Assembly (NCBI GenBank): GCA_040954595.2
Contig: CM082583.2
Coordinates: 714,542-778,541, forward strand
DNA: 64,000 bases
Direction: 5' to 3'
From: Balanoglossus misakiensis
Lineage: Eukaryota; Animalia; Hemichordata
The position numbers and the translations under genes are program-made. The notes under the pieces were generated by a model. That model was not told the origin of the DNA. It saw only the letters and a program-made list of their open reading frames with translations, and searched no databases. Below, piece after piece: positions 49,498 to 63,600 of the stretch; position 1 is the first letter of the stretch, and each line of letters opens with the position of its first letter.

Positions 49498-52296
49498 TTA
49501 TGGTGTAATACGTGTACTACTTTCCTCAAGCAAGCACAGTTTGCGAACATCTCTACGCAATCTTCCTGTTTCAGTCTTCACTAGGACCTGGCGCACATTG
49601 CCGTACTGATCTGGGTACGTTTGCTGAACTAGTCCTTTTGACCACTGTCCTCTTGGGATATTTTCCTCTACCACGATAACCAAATCTCCAACAGTCAGAT
49701 TTCTCTTGGGCTTCAACCACTTCTGTCTCTGCTGAAGGGAAGGCAGGTATTCGTGTAGCCATCGTTTCCAAAACGAGTTCGCTATGAGATTAGCTTGGTT
49801 CCTTCTGTGATTAGCTGTACTGGTCGTGACAGTGTCTGCAGGAGATGTGCATGGATTCGGCCTCAGTAGTAACAGGCTATTAGGCGTCAGTGCTTCAAGG
49901 TCATTCGGGTCATCTGATTGACGGGTCAAAGGTCGATCATTGATAATCTTCTCCACCTCCGCCAAGACAGTAAGTAAAGTTTCGTCGTCAATTAGTTGGT
50001 TTCCAACGAGTGCTCGTAGGATTTTCCGCACTGAACGTATCATCCTTTCCCAAACTCCTCCAGTATGACTGGCTGCGGGTGCATTGAAATACCATTGGAT
50101 ATCCCTCTTGCGTAGACTATCAGTTATCTTCTCTTGATTCCAACTCGCTAGAGCTTCTTTGATTTCAGTTTCCGCTCCCTGGAAATTTGTTCCGTTGTCA
50201 CTGTATACCGTTTTTGGTGGACCACGTCTGCTGACAAATCTCCATACTGCCTGAATAAATGAATCTGTGGATAAACTGTGGGTGACTTCAATATGCACAG
50301 CTCGTATGGCGAGACAGGTGAATATACATCCGTATCGTTTGGACGTTCCTCTTCTCCACTTGACTTTCGGAGGACCAAAGAAGTCGATTCCCACTGCAGC
50401 AAATGCACTCTCACCTGGAGTAACTCTTGGGGTTGGAATTCTTCTGACAGTAGCTTGGCCTCTCAAAATCCAATATTCTTTTCGGATTCTGGATAACACA
50501 TGGGTGGTTCCTACGTGACCTTCCTGCTCATGGAAAAACTGAACAATTAATTCGGTCACTTGATGATTATGGGGTAGAATAATAGGATGTTTTGTGGTTT
50601 CATCTATGGGGGCGTTGTTTAGTCTTCCACCAACGTGTATAATGCCATCTTTGTAGATTGGACTGAGTCTGCAAAGTGGACTGGTATATCCTTCAGAATC
50701 TGGTTTTCTGCTTGGATTCTTCAACTGTGTTGATATTTCCTTAGGAAACGCTTTCCGTTGAACGACTCTAATGACTTCTAAGGTAGCATCGGACACTTCT
50801 GACACCGTTAGAGCACCAACCGGAACTTTACCATTTCCGCCATTCTCAATGCGAGCTCGGAGATACTTCTTGTATCGTAAAATCCAAGCGACAGATTTGC
50901 AAAGTTTGTACCATGACGAAAATCTGTGAATTAACGAATGGATGATATCAGTGTCATCTGTCTGGTTGCTGTTTACCACTGCGCATACCTTTGCCATTTT
51001 CAATTCGTTGTCCTCATCCGATATTCTTGGTAAGTCGGTAGGTTGGGTTGGCCAGTTTCCTTCAGATTTCCAGAGAAATTCTGGACCTTCGAACCACAGT
51101 TTGGACTTCGCTTTGGCGGCTTTCAAGGTAATACCTCGGGAGGCACAATCAGCTGGATTGAGTTGTGAAGGAACATGATGCCATTGTGACGGTAGTGTTG
51201 CATCGTGTATTAGTTGTAGGTGGTTGGCTACAAAGGTCTTGAAGCGTCTTGTTGAGCTGCAGATATATTGTATAACAATGGTAGAGTCTGTCCAGAATCG
51301 CTCTCGATGGATAGGAAATTGAAGTTCTTCTTTAATCTGTTTGCTGACTTTAACGGCCACTGTTGCTGCTGTCAATTCCAATCTTGGTACTGTAATGGTC
51401 TTCAGTGGAGCAACTCTAGATTTGCCAGTCACGAGGCTGCAAGGAAAGTTACCACCTTTGTCAGTAAACCGTAGGTAGGAAACAACCCCATATCCTTCCG
51501 TTGAAGCATCGCAGAAATGATGAATTTCTATAGATTGTGGCTGGCCAAAACCTGGAGGTGTGTAACACCGTGGAATTACCATGGCTTTTAACATCGGTAA
51601 CTTCTGTAACCATTCACGCCAAACAACTAGATATTTCACTGGTATGGCTTCATCCCATCCACATCCTTCTTTGCATAATTCTTGTAATAAGCGCTTAGCC
51701 GGCAATACAAATGGTGCAACAAATCCTAGTGGGTCGTACACAGATGCTACAACTGAGAGAATCCCTCTTCGAGTTTCACTTTTACTTTCCTTGCCAACTC
51801 TGAAGCTCATAGTATCTTCTTGAATGTCCCATTGTACACCAAGAGCTCTGTCAACTGGTAAGTCTTCCAGGTCTAAATTCATCACAGATGGCGCCCTTTC
51901 TTCTGACGGGATGGAGGACAATACTTCTGTGCAATTAGAAATCCATTTGGTCAGATGAAATCCACCATTAGACAAAAGAGCTGAAACTTCAGTGATGAGT
52001 CTCTTGGCTGTGTCCACGGCAAGTACTGATTTTAAGAAATCATCCACGTAGAAATTTCTGTAGACAGCATCTATGATGTCCGAGTCGAAGTTACTTCTAT
52101 TGTCATCAGCTGTTCTCCGGAGGGCGTATGCTGAACAACTAGGTGATGATGTCGCGCCAAACAAATGAACAAGCATTTGATGATCGACGGGCTCCTTCGT
52201 GAGGTCACCGTTAGGCCACCATAGGAATCGCAGGACATCACAATCTTCGGGGTCGACATGAACTTGGTGAAACATTTGCTTGATATCAGCAACCAC
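49498..52296 (-). pseudogene. BEL/Pao pol: RT (ADIKQMF, YVDD), RNase H (HFCDAS, PRLEL, WTDS), integrase (DFFGP, SDNGTNF, GGVWER)
   Basis: Motifs visible in the ORF; the CxxC half of the integrase zinc finger appears deleted (QATVRRI joined to PTPRVTP). Confidence 0.92.
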
Positions 52297-54457
52297 TGCA
52301 ACAGGAATTGGTCAAATCCGGACCCTGCAGGAGTTGATCGCTCAGTGAAGTTCCTCCACATTTGGCAGCACAATCGAAGACGACTCTCACCTTTTCTGGT
52401 TTCATGGGATGCGTCACCGGATGATGAGGTAGGTACCATAACCGTCTATCGTCTTCTTTGTTTTCATCAGATACTTCTTTTGCATGACCTTGTACAATAT
52501 AGTCTTGTATAGTTGTACTGTACTTTTCATGGAGATCTGGATCTTTAAGTAGACGTCTTTTGAGTAGGTTGAGTCGTTTCTCAGCTACATGCCTGTTATT
52601 TGGTAAGGCTGGTTCTTCAAATTTCCAAGGTAGCTTCAACTGATAGTGGCCATTTTGTTGACGGACAGATCGATCCATTATCGCCTTTGCCCTTCGGTCT
52701 TCTAATGACATGCATTCTTTAGTATCCACTAGATTTTCGTTGAAGTCGGCATTGTACATCCTTTCCAATTGTGATGAAATGGACTCCATACCTTTGATAG
52801 AAGTATCACTGTCGATGATCTGGTCCATATTGATACAGTTGATTGATGAGTTGGTTTCTTTCTTTCCTTTCATCGGCCCAATCAACGTCCATCCAAGTAA
52901 TGTTCGGATTGCGTATGGTTGTTTTCTCCCGGCACGTCTTTCCTCCAGGACCCAGTGTGCTTCTGGAATGTCGTTACCGATCAGGATTGTGACTTCCTTG
53001 TTCTGCAATTCTGGTAATTCAACATCCTTCAGGTGAGACCATTCCTTCGTATCCTCTGCTGTTGGTATACTGTTTGCCGTTATGGGAAGTTTGTCCGTCG
53101 TCCATACCTTATCAAGATGAACACTTTGATTTCTATGTAGACCTCGTACATCTAATTTAACTTCACGTCCATACTTCTTCGTTTCAGCATCGAGTGTGGA
53201 AAGTGTATATGTAATGGGTTGTCCACCCAAACCAAGTCTGTCTGCTAGAGATGAGAGACATATTGTTGTGTCTGAACCATTGTCCAGGAATGCATAAGTT
53301 TCAATCTCTGCTCCTCCCTCCACTCCACTTACTCGGACTGGTACAACTTGTAGGCTGATACGTGGCTTGTTTGTCCTGGTTGCTTTACAATGAACGGTGT
53401 TACCGGCCCCATTGGTTACTTCAGAATTCCCGTCACTTTTCTCGTCTTTATTCTTCCCAAGACGTGTTGTGGGTGGAGCTGGTCTACCACTTCCACTGGG
53501 ATACACTTCATTTGACGACTGGCTAGGATGTGACGATACTGGGTGTAGTAATGGGTGGTGAAGTCTTCCACAGTCAGTTACTGGACAAAACAATCCACTT
53601 TTGCAGTTTTTAGCGAAGTGTCGAGGGGTTGCTTCCAGACAACAATCACAGAGGTTCTGTTTTCGCACAAACGTTTTCTTCTCCATGAACGACTTCCTGG
53701 CAAACTTCCGGCATCTCTGCAGTTGGTGTTGTCCTTGGCAGAAAAGACATTTAATTTCTCTCTTGGATTGGCAGTAGGGTTTGTCTTGCGTCTTGCCGTA
53801 CATTTCATGACTTACTTGTGTGGTCAAAGTAGTAGCCTTGGTGAATTGTTTGACCCTGGACTTTACGTCTCTCTCTGGTTCTGGTTTTGATCCAACCAAC
53901 ATCCCGAATCTTGTATTGGCCAAGGCTGCTCGCTTCTCCAAAAACGCTGTCAGATGGATGAATTCTGGTTCAATACCGGAGTAAATCATTCTTCCAGCTT
54001 CTTTTGCCCAATCTCCTTGTAGAAATGTAGGTAGGCGTCTCACTATCTTCTCCAATGTATCCATGGAGTTCAGATCAGCGGTGTATTTCATTTGGCTGGA
54101 ACACATATGACAATTATTCATGTCACGTGCCAACTGTAGCAACTTTGATGTGTCCGTGGCCTTGATCTGTGGTCCCTTGACGACTTTGTCTATGGTGGCA
54201 TGGACGATCGTGTGTTTCTGGCCGAAATTCTGGTATAATATTTTCCTTGCTTCAGTGTAACCTTGTTCTGGAGGTAGAATCACACAGTTCTTGATTGCTT
54301 CTTTGGCTGGTCCAGTGCAGTATTGGATGAGATAAGCCAATCTAGTGCCATCATCGGTTGTTCCCTTTACAATGTTTATCTCAAAATTTCTGATGAACGT
54401 GGGGTACACTACTGGGTCACCATTAAACGATAGGAATTCCCGCTTCGGCAAATTCAA
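52286..54457 (-). pseudogene. BEL/Pao gag core, Cys/His knuckles, aspartic protease (FLDNGS) and RT N-terminus
   Basis: LAYLIQY, CLFCQGQH..C, CDCCLE..H..C, CPVTDCGRLHHPLLH, YLPHHPV, KVRVVFDCA, GPDLTNS followed by a frameshift/deletion. Confidence 0.92.
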
Positions 54458-54458
54458 A

Positions 54459-55640
54459 CTAGTTACAAGTGCTTGCGTGGCTTCTTATCATACTCTGTAG
54501 GATTTCGTGTTGCCCATCCCGCAATGGACTTGGTTCATTTCTATAAAGTTGTTCCCCAATATTGTGGTCCACGGGCTGCCATTCTGGTGCATTCGGATTT
54601 AATGCTGCCACATTACCCTCCAACTGTTTCACATTTTCGGACAGCGGTCTGTCTTTAAGCAAAGTTGTTATTGTGTTGAACTGGGAAACTTCTACTGGGG
54701 GACCACTCGACAATACATGGGGGTGATAATCTTGAAAAGACTGGAAATACCTGTCAATCTTCTCACTTGGACTGGTCATCTTTGCTTCACTTGTATCAAC
54801 AGAATATTCTTCGGAATGAAACGAAGTTCCCTCTTCTGCTAATTCAGCCTCCATTTCAGCCTGTTTTAACTTCTGTTGAACGTCTAGAATCTTCAATGTT
54901 GACTGCATCTTTATTTCTTCTTCTCGAAGTCGCAGATCACGAAGCTTGGCTTTGGCTTCTTCTTCTTGCTGTATCTTTTCAAGTTCAAGCTGGGTTTCCA
55001 ATATCTTCCTTCTTGCAATTCTTGAAGCTCGACTTGCCTTTGAACTCGATAAAGAACATATATTACTTGTCTGCCGGTTACCATTTCCATAAGACGTTTG
55101 ACTATGTGATTTCTTTTTTACAGATTTTACCTGGTCCTTGGTAGAGTGACATGAATTTTTGGAAGCCGCTGAACCGTTGACATCATCCTCTTGTGAAGCT
55201 GGTGGCACTTCTGGCTCCAACCCACGTGACGGAGTTGTTATCGTGATTCGATGAGACGAAATCCAGTTCTTCAGGCGTTGTTCCAGACACTCTTTTCTGT
55301 TAACTTCAGATTCGTGTTCAAGTCGTACACTTTCTTGTTCGGACCTTGAAAGATGTTTCTGATATTCATAACAAGTATTTGTATATGAAGTAAAAATCCT
55401 ATCCAAGTCTTCTTTCTTTTTGGTAACTGCTTGGTAGTCAGGCGACGACATTAACATGGTCTCTACATCCATGTAAATACGTGTCATATGGCCGCGGTAA
55501 GCGATAATTGATCTCCTTAATTTGGGAACTAAATTTTCTTCTCTTGTTGAGCTAGCTGTTTTTGATGAACTGCTACTCTTGACGGAGACAGGGCCTGGTG
55601 CTGCTGGAACGTGGAACATCTCGTCGTTTCCAGTTGCCAT
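54459..55640 (-). pseudogene. BEL/Pao gag N-terminal region, frameshifted from the downstream ORF
   Basis: Ser-rich and coiled-coil segments, LNPNAPEW motif; the alternative frame EATQALVTSLNLPKREF joins it to the next ORF. Confidence 0.8.
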
Positions 55641-55706
55641 GACTTTCTAACGTATCTGCTAGTACACGGTTACACCAGGTTTCAGTCCAACGTCATCTGA
55701 GAACTA

Positions 55707-56347
55707 TGTAGGATCCAATTCCTACTTGCATGGGCCCCTCGACACTCGTGTTGTATAAAAATTCTCCTTTTATTTTACTCTCTACGAGGAGCAAACTGTT
55801 CGGTGCATACAAAATAGACCGTGCACGACGTAATAACACGGTTCTAATACTGGTATAACACTGGTATAACACGGGTACAACACGGTTCTGTATAAACAAA
55901 TACATAGGCGAAATAAATTCAAGTAAGTATTCAAAGGTAAATGTAAAATGCCGATACAGAAGTTCAAACTCAATTACAAAGCAAATTCCAAAAATACAGC
56001 GTTTACAGGTAAGTAAATTCAAATCAATTCTATTCAATCGCTCAAAATTAATGGTTTATAAATGAAGTAGTCTGCGTCCTGGATAGTCGCTGCTTCTGTT
56101 GAAAGACCGCTCTGTATCGCTAAATAAAACAGTCTTACCTCAGATGGTGACGCTTTTAGGGGCTCAAAAAGCATGCAGTGCAGTGGTCACAAACATGTAG
56201 CCTAGAAGGCCTGACGTGGCAAAATGAAAACTTGCACACTGGCGAGGTGCCAATTTATAGTGAAAAGGAAATTTGCATATTGGATAACCACTATGTGCAT
56301 GTGCACCTGCACACACAGCCATCCAATCAGGGAGGACTGCACTTACA
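55707..56347 (-). repeat. Putative 5' LTR of the BEL/Pao element (~640 bp)
   Basis: TGTAAG...CTACA termini on the minus strand with AATAAA ~60 nt before the end; no second LTR is available to confirm the inner boundary. Confidence 0.55.
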
Positions 56348-57662
56348 CCGGCTCTATATGACACAGACTGGCGTAAGTTATCAACGGTGATTACGTCGGA
56401 TTTCCTACGGCCTGGTTAAGCTGAAGCTAAAGACGTTGGCTAATCGGGCAAACCGAAGAGGGAAAGTCACAGCGGGTCAACACTCGACATTTGTTCGGGT
56501 AGGACTGCATTATTGCCTGTCAATTTATAGAGAAAGCCCGAATTTTACCAGGGCGTTTCAAACACCGACGTTAGTTGGGGGCACGGCCTGCAGTACTGCC
56601 GGGTAAGCTGACATCGGCGTACCGCATATAATGTAGGGGGGGGGGGGAAACAGAACGGTTCAATACTACATTTATTAGATATCAGCTAATTTTGGACAAT
56701 CATCTAAAATCTAAATCATTTTTTCATATTTGGATATCTGATGATGTATGAAATTTCCATCATATGTAAAAATGGTGCTGATTATAAAAAATGCACTCTG
56801 AATGAGCTGATTTAATACAAAATTGCGTTTTATTCGTTTTTGCACCAAAAAGGTCATTTTTAGGCAAAACATTCTTTATTTTTTTAATTCGGTGACCTCA
56901 TCATATATAAACAATTGCTTGCATGTTAAAAGTTTTTATGACTTTTAAAAGCAGTGACACTGGCGGCATTCAACACGAAAATAACAATTTTAACCACAAT
57001 TTGGTCAAAATGGTAAATTTTTGAAAATTACAAAAAATACCTGTTTTCTACATTTTCGGAAATCTGATGGAGTATAGAATGCTCTTCGTATATATATATC
57101 GATACCAATTCCACAAAAGACCGTCTAATTTGGCTCACTGCAGACAAAATTGCGTTTTACCAAATTTACCTTGAAAATGTCATTTTTAGAAAAAGAAAAA
57201 AAAAACACCTTTGTTCTTCGAATTTGGTGCCCTGATCATATATGACATGTTGATTGTATGTTAAAACTTTCGACCACTCCAAAAATGCAGAGATATTGAC
57301 GGAATTCAAGAAAAAATAGCCATTTTGGCCATATTTTGACAAAAATGGTAAATTTTTAAAAAATCATCAAAAAATAAACTCTTTTCTTCATTTTCGGAAA
57401 TAGTATGGAGCATGAAGTGTCGTTCTCTTGTAAAAAGTGCTGCAAATTCCAGAAAAGGCAGTATAATTTGAATCACCCAAGACAAAATTACCCTTTTCGA
57501 CTTTTTTTCGAACAATTGTCTTTTTTACAAAATAAATAAGAATAAATTCTTTTCTTAGTTTGAAACGGGTAGAGATACTTTCCACACGGGTTTACTAACA
57601 ATGAATTCCCGTTCATCAACTCAGATTTCCTACAGCATAAGTCGGCTAAAATCCTGACTATG

Positions 57663-60600
57663 AAATGGCTATTTTTTCTTGAATTCCGTCAATATCTCTG
57701 CATTTTTGGAGTGGTCGAAAGTTTTAACATACAATCAACATGTCATATATGATCAGGGCACCAAATTCGAAGAACGAAGGTTTTTTTATTTTATTTTTCT
57801 AAAAATGACATTTTCAAGGAAAATTTGGTAAAACGCAATTTTGTCTGCAGTGAGCCAAATTAGACGGTCTTTTGTGGAATTGGTATCGATATATATATAC
57901 GAAGAGCATTCTATACTCCATCAGATTTCCGAAAATGTAGAAAACAGGTATTTTTTGTAATTTTCAAAAATTTACCATTTTGACCAAATTGTGGTTAAAA
58001 TTGTTATTTTCGTGTTGAATGCCGCCAGTGTCACTGCTTTTAAAAGTCATAAAAACTTTTAACATGCAAGCAATTGCTTATATATGATCAGGTCACCGAA
58101 TTAAAAAAATAAAGAATGTTTGCCTAAAAATGACCTTTTTGGTGCAAAAACGAATAAAACGCAATTTTGTATTAAATCAGCTCATTCAGAGTGCATTTTT
58201 TATAATCAGCACCATTTTTACATATAATGGAAATTTCATACATCATCAGATATCCAAATATGAAAAAATGATTTAGATTTTAGATGATTGTCCAAAATTA
58301 GCTGATATCTAATAAATGTAGTATTGAACCGTTCTGTCCCCCCCCCCCCTACATTATATGCGGTACGCCGATGTCAGCTTACCCGGCAGTACTGCAGGCC
58401 GTGCCCCCAAATAACGTCGGTGTTTGAAACGCCCTGGTTAAATTCGGGCTTTCTCTATAAATTGACAGGCAATAATGCAGTCCTACCCGAACAAATGTCG
58501 AGTGTTGACCCGCTGTGACTTTCCCTCTTCGGTTTGCCCGACTTAGCCAACGTCTTTGTACTAATGTGTCGGGTCTTTTGCAGAGCCAGGCCGAAGGAAA
58601 TCCGACTTGATCACCGTTGCTAACGAACGCTAGTGTCTGTCATGGTGTGCCGGGGTTTTAGTCGAGCCAGGCCGTAGGAGATCTGACTTGATCATCGTGG
58701 TCAATGTACGCGTGTTTCCGCTCTAAAGTGCCGGGGCTTCAGCTAAACCATGCCGTAGGAAATCTGGCGTAATCACCGTTGATAACTCACGCCAGTCTGT
58801 GTCATATAGAGCCGGTGCACCAGCCGAGTCACGCCGTAGGAAATCTGACTTGATCAACGTGGTCAATGTACGCCTGTTTCTGCTCTAAAGTGCCGGGGCT
58901 TCAGCTGAGCCAGGCCGTAGGAAACCCGACGTGATTACCGTTGTTAACTTACGCCAGTCTGTGTCCTATATATAGTGCCGGGGCATCAGCCGTGCCAGGC
59001 CGAAGGAAATGTGAGTAGATCAACGTGGTCTCTGTACGCGTGTTTCTGCTCTAGAGTGTCAGGGCTTTAGCAAAGCCATGCCGTAGGAAATCTGACTTGA
59101 TCAACATTGCTAACGAACGCTAGTGTCTGTCATAGTGTGCCGGGGTTTTAGTCGAGCCAAGCCGTAGGAGATCAGACTTGATCAACGTGGTCTCTGTACG
59201 CGTGTTTCTGCTCTAGAGTGCCGGGGCTTTATCCAACCCATGCCGTTGAAAATCTGACTTGATCACCGTTGCTAACGTACGCTAGTGTCTGTCATATTGT
59301 GACGAGATTTAGCCGAGCCAGGCCGTAGAAAAATCGACTTGTTCAACGTTATCAGTGTGCAACTGTTTCTGCTCTAGAGTGTCAGGGTTTTAGCCGACTT
59401 ATGCTGTAGGAAATCTGAGTTGATGAACGGGAATTCAATGTTAGAAAACCCGTGTGGAAAGTGTCTCTACCCGTTTGAAACTAAGAAAAGAATTTATTCT
59501 TATTTATTTTTTAAAAAAGACAATTTTTCGAAAACAAGTCGAAAATGGTAATTTTGTCTTGGGTGATTCAAATTATACCACATTTTCTGGAATTTGCAGC
59601 ACTTTTTACAAGAGAACGACACTTCATGCTCCATAATATTTCCGAAAATGAAGAAAAGAGTTTATTTTTTATGATTTTTTAAAAATGTACCATTTTGTCA
59701 AAATATGGCCAAAATGGCTATTTTTTCTTGAATTCCGTCAATATCTCTGCATTTTTGGAGTGGTGGAAAGTTTTAACATACAATCAACATGTCATATATG
59801 ATCAGGGCACCAAATTCGAAGAACGAAGGTTTTTTTATTTTATTTTTCTAAAAATGACATTTTCAAGGAAAATTTGGTAAAACGCAATTTTGTCTGCAGT
59901 AAGCCAAATTAGACGGTCTTTTGTGGAATTTGTATCGATATATATATACGAAGAGCATTCTATACTCCATCAGATTTCCGAAAATGTAGAAAACAGGTAT
60001 TGTTTGTAATTTTCAAAAATTTACCATTTTGACCAAATTGTGGTTCAAATTGTTATTTTCGTGTTGAATGCCGCCAGTGTCACTGCTTTTAAAAGTCATA
60101 AAAACTTTTAACATGCAAGCAATTGCTTATATATGATCAGGCCACCGAATTAAGAAAATAAAGAATGTTTTGCCTAAAAATGACCTTTTTGGTGCAAAAA
60201 CGAATAAAACGCAATTTTTGTATTAAATCAGCTCATTCAGAGTGCATTTTTTATAATCAGCACCATTTTTACATAAATTGGAAATTTCATACATCATCAG
60301 ATATCCAAATATGAAAAAATGATTTAGATTTTAGATGATTGTCCAAAATTAGCTGATATCTAATAAATGTAGTATTGAACCGTTCTGTTCCCCACCCCCC
60401 CTACATTATATGCGGTACGCCGATGTCAGCTTACCCGGCAGTACTGCAGGCTGTGCCCCCAAATAACGTCGGTGTTTGAAACGCCCTGGTTAAATTCAGG
60501 CTTTCTCTATAAATTGACAGGCAATAATGCAGTCCTACCCGAACAAATGTCGAGTGTTGACCCGCTGTGACTTTCCCTCTTCGGTTTGCCCGACTTAGCC

Positions 60601-63600
60601 AACGTCTCTGTACTAATGTGTCGGGTCTTTTGCAGAGCCAGGCCGAAGGAAATCCGACTTGATCACCGTTGCTAACGAACGCTAGTGTCTGTCATGGTGT
60701 GCCGGGGTTTTAGTCGAGCCAGGCCGTAGGAGATCTGACTTGATCATCGTGGTCAATGTACGCGTGTTTCCGCTCTGAAGTGCCGGGGCTTCAGCTAAAC
60801 CATGCCGTAGGAAATCCGACGTAATCACCGTTGATAACTTACGCCAGTCTGTGTCATATAGAGCCGGTGCACCAGCCGAGTCACGCCGTAGGAAATCTGA
60901 CTTGATCAACGTGGTCACTGTACGCCTGTTTCTGCTCTAGAGTGCCGGGGCTTCATCTGAGCCAGGCCGTAGGAAACCCGACGTGATTACCGTTGTTAAC
61001 TTACGCCAGTCTGTGTCCTATATATAGTGCCGGGGCATCAGCCGTGCCAGGCCGAAGGAAATGTGAGTAGATCAACGTGGTCTCTGTACGCGTGTTTCTG
61101 CTCTAGAGTGCCGGGGCTTTATCCAAGCCATGCCGTAGAAAATCTGACTTGATCACCGTTGCTAACGTACGATAGTGTCTGTCATATTGTGACGGAGATT
61201 TAGCCGAGCCAGGCCGTAGAAAAATCGACTTGTTCAACGTTACCAGTGTGCAACTGTTTCTGCTCTAAAGTCTCAGGGTTTTAGCCGACTTATGCTGTAG
61301 GAAATCTGAGTTGATGAACGGAAATTCAATGTTAGAAAACCCGTGTGGAAAGTATCTCTACCCGTTTGAAACTAAGAAAAGAATTTATTCTTATTTTTTT
61401 TCTAAAAATGACATTTTCAAGGAAAATTTGGTAAAACGCAATTTTGTCTGCAGTGAGCCAAATTAGATTGTCTTTTGTGGAATTTGTATCGATATATACA
61501 TACGAAGAGCATTCTATACTCCATCAGATTTCCGAAAATGTAGAAAACAGGTATTTTTTGTAATTTTCAAAAATTTACCATTTTGACCAAATTATGGCTA
61601 AAATTGTTATTTTCGTGTTGAATGCCGCCAGTGTCACTGCTTTTAAAAGTCATAAAAACTTTTAACATACAAGCAATTGTTTATATATGATCAGGTCACC
61701 GAATTAAAAAAAATAAAGAATGTTTGGCCTAAAAATGACCTTTTTGGTGCAAAAACGAATAAAACGCAATTTTGTATTAAATCAGCTCATTCAGAGTGCA
61801 TTTTTTATAATCAGCACCATTTTTACATATATTGGAAATTTCATACATCATCAGATATCCAAATATGAAAAAATGATTTAGATTTTAGATGATTGTCCAA
61901 AATTAGCTGATATCTAATAAATGTAGTATTGAACCGTTCTGTCCCCCCCCCCCCTACATTATATGCGGTACGCCGATGTCAGCTTACCCGGCAGTACTGC
62001 AGGCCGTGCCCCCAAATAACGTCGGTGTTTGAAACGCCCTGGTTAAATTCGGGCTTTCTCTATAAATTGACAGGCAATAATGCAGTCCTACCCGAACAAA
62101 TGTCGAGTGTTGACCCGCTGTGACTTTCCCTCTTCGGTTTGCCCGACTTAGCCAACGTCTTTGTACTAATGTGTCGGGTCTTTTGCAGAGCCAGGCCGAA
62201 GGAAATCCGACTTGATCACCGTTGCTAACGAACGCTAGTGTCTGTCATGGTGTGCCGGGGTTTTAGTCGAGCCAGGCCGTAGGAGATCTGACTTGATCAT
62301 CGTGGTCAATGTACGCGTGTTTCCGCTCTAAAGTGCCGGGGCTTCAGCTAAACCATGCCGTAGGAAATCCGACGTAATCACCGTTGATAACTTACGCCAG
62401 TCTGTGTCATATAGAGCCGGTGCACCAGCCGAGTCACGCCGTAGGAAATCTTACTTGATCAACGTGGTCAATGTACGCCTGTTTCTGCTCTAGAGTGCCG
62501 GGGCTTCAGCTGAGCCAGGCCGTGGGAAACCCGACGTGATTACCGTTGTTAACTTACGCCAGTTTGTGTCCTATATATAGTGCCGGGGCATCAGCCGTGC
62601 CAGGCCGAAGGAAATGTGAGTAGATCAACGTGGTCTCTGTACGCGTGTTTCTGCTCTAGAGTGCCAGGGCTTTAGCCAAGCCATGCCGTAGGAAATCTGA
62701 CTTGATCAACGTTGCTAACGAACGCTAATGTCTGTCATAGTGTGCCGGGGTTTTAGTCGAGCCAAGCCGTAGGAGATCAGACTTGATCAACGTGGTCTCT
62801 GTACGCGTGTTTCTGCTCTAGAGTGCCGGGGCTTTATCCAACCCATGCCGTAGAAAATCTGACTTGATCACCGTTGCTAACGTACGCTAGTGTCTGTCAT
62901 ATTGTGACGGAGATTTAGCCGAGCCAGGCCGTAGAAAAATCGACTTGTTCAACGTTACCAGTGTGCAACTGTTTCTGCTCTAGAGTGTCAGGGTTTTAGC
63001 CGACTTATGCTGTAGGAAATCTGAGTTGATGAACGGGAATTCAATGTTAGAAAACCCGTGTGGAAAGTATCTCTACCCGTTTGAAACTAAGAAAAGAATT
63101 TATTCTTATTTATTTTGTAAAAAAGACAATTTTTCGAAAAAAAGTCGAAAAATTGCAATTTTGTCTTGGGTGATTCAAATTATACCGCCTTTTCTGGAAT
63201 TTGCAGCACTTTTTACAAGAGAACGACACTTCATGCTCCATAATATTTCCGAAAATGAAGAAAAGAGTTAATTTTTTATGATTTTTCAAAAATTTACCAT
63301 TTTTGTCAAAATATGGCCAAAATGGCTATTTTTCTTGAATTCCGTCAATATCTCTGCATTTTTGGAGTGGTCGAGAGTTTTAACATACAATCAACATGTC
63401 ATATATGATCAGGGCACCAAATTCGAAGAATAAAGGTTTTTTTATTTTTTTTTCTAAAAATGAAATTTTCAAGGAAAATTTGGTCAAACGCAATTTTGTC
63501 TGCAGTGAGCCAAATTAGACGGTCTTTTGTGGAATTTGTATCGATATATACATACGAAGAGCATTCTATACTCCATCAGATTTCCGAAAATGTAGAAAAC

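Larger units (their letters stand above)
49460..56347 (-). mobile_element. BEL/Pao LTR retrotransposon, decayed; 5' LTR present, 3' LTR missing
   Basis: gag-PR-RT-RH-IN order on the minus strand; starts TGTAAG at 56347; the satellite resumes at both ends, with ~13 bp of target (ctcggctggtgca) missing. Confidence 0.93.
21255..57658 (-). repeat. Tandem array of the ~2.05-kb composite macrosatellite (about 11 units) with four TE insertions
   Basis: Poly-G landmarks at ~22026, 23924, 25975, 29184, 31238, 38334, 40227, 42279, 44319, 46005, 56635; units are highly similar; the recurring MESISTRLKLRKEF and MNRSVPPP pseudo-ORFs mark each unit. Confidence 0.97.

Noticed and set aside
52286-54480. Programmed frameshifts between the BEL ORFs
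   Set aside because: BEL/Pao elements normally have a single ORF; the 52290 break coincides with missing conserved residues and neither break shows an obvious slippery site, so these are decay lesions.
49571-56390. Short antisense or alternate-frame ORFs within the BEL element (likewise in the LINE)
   Set aside because: Shadows of the main coding frames with no independent motifs.
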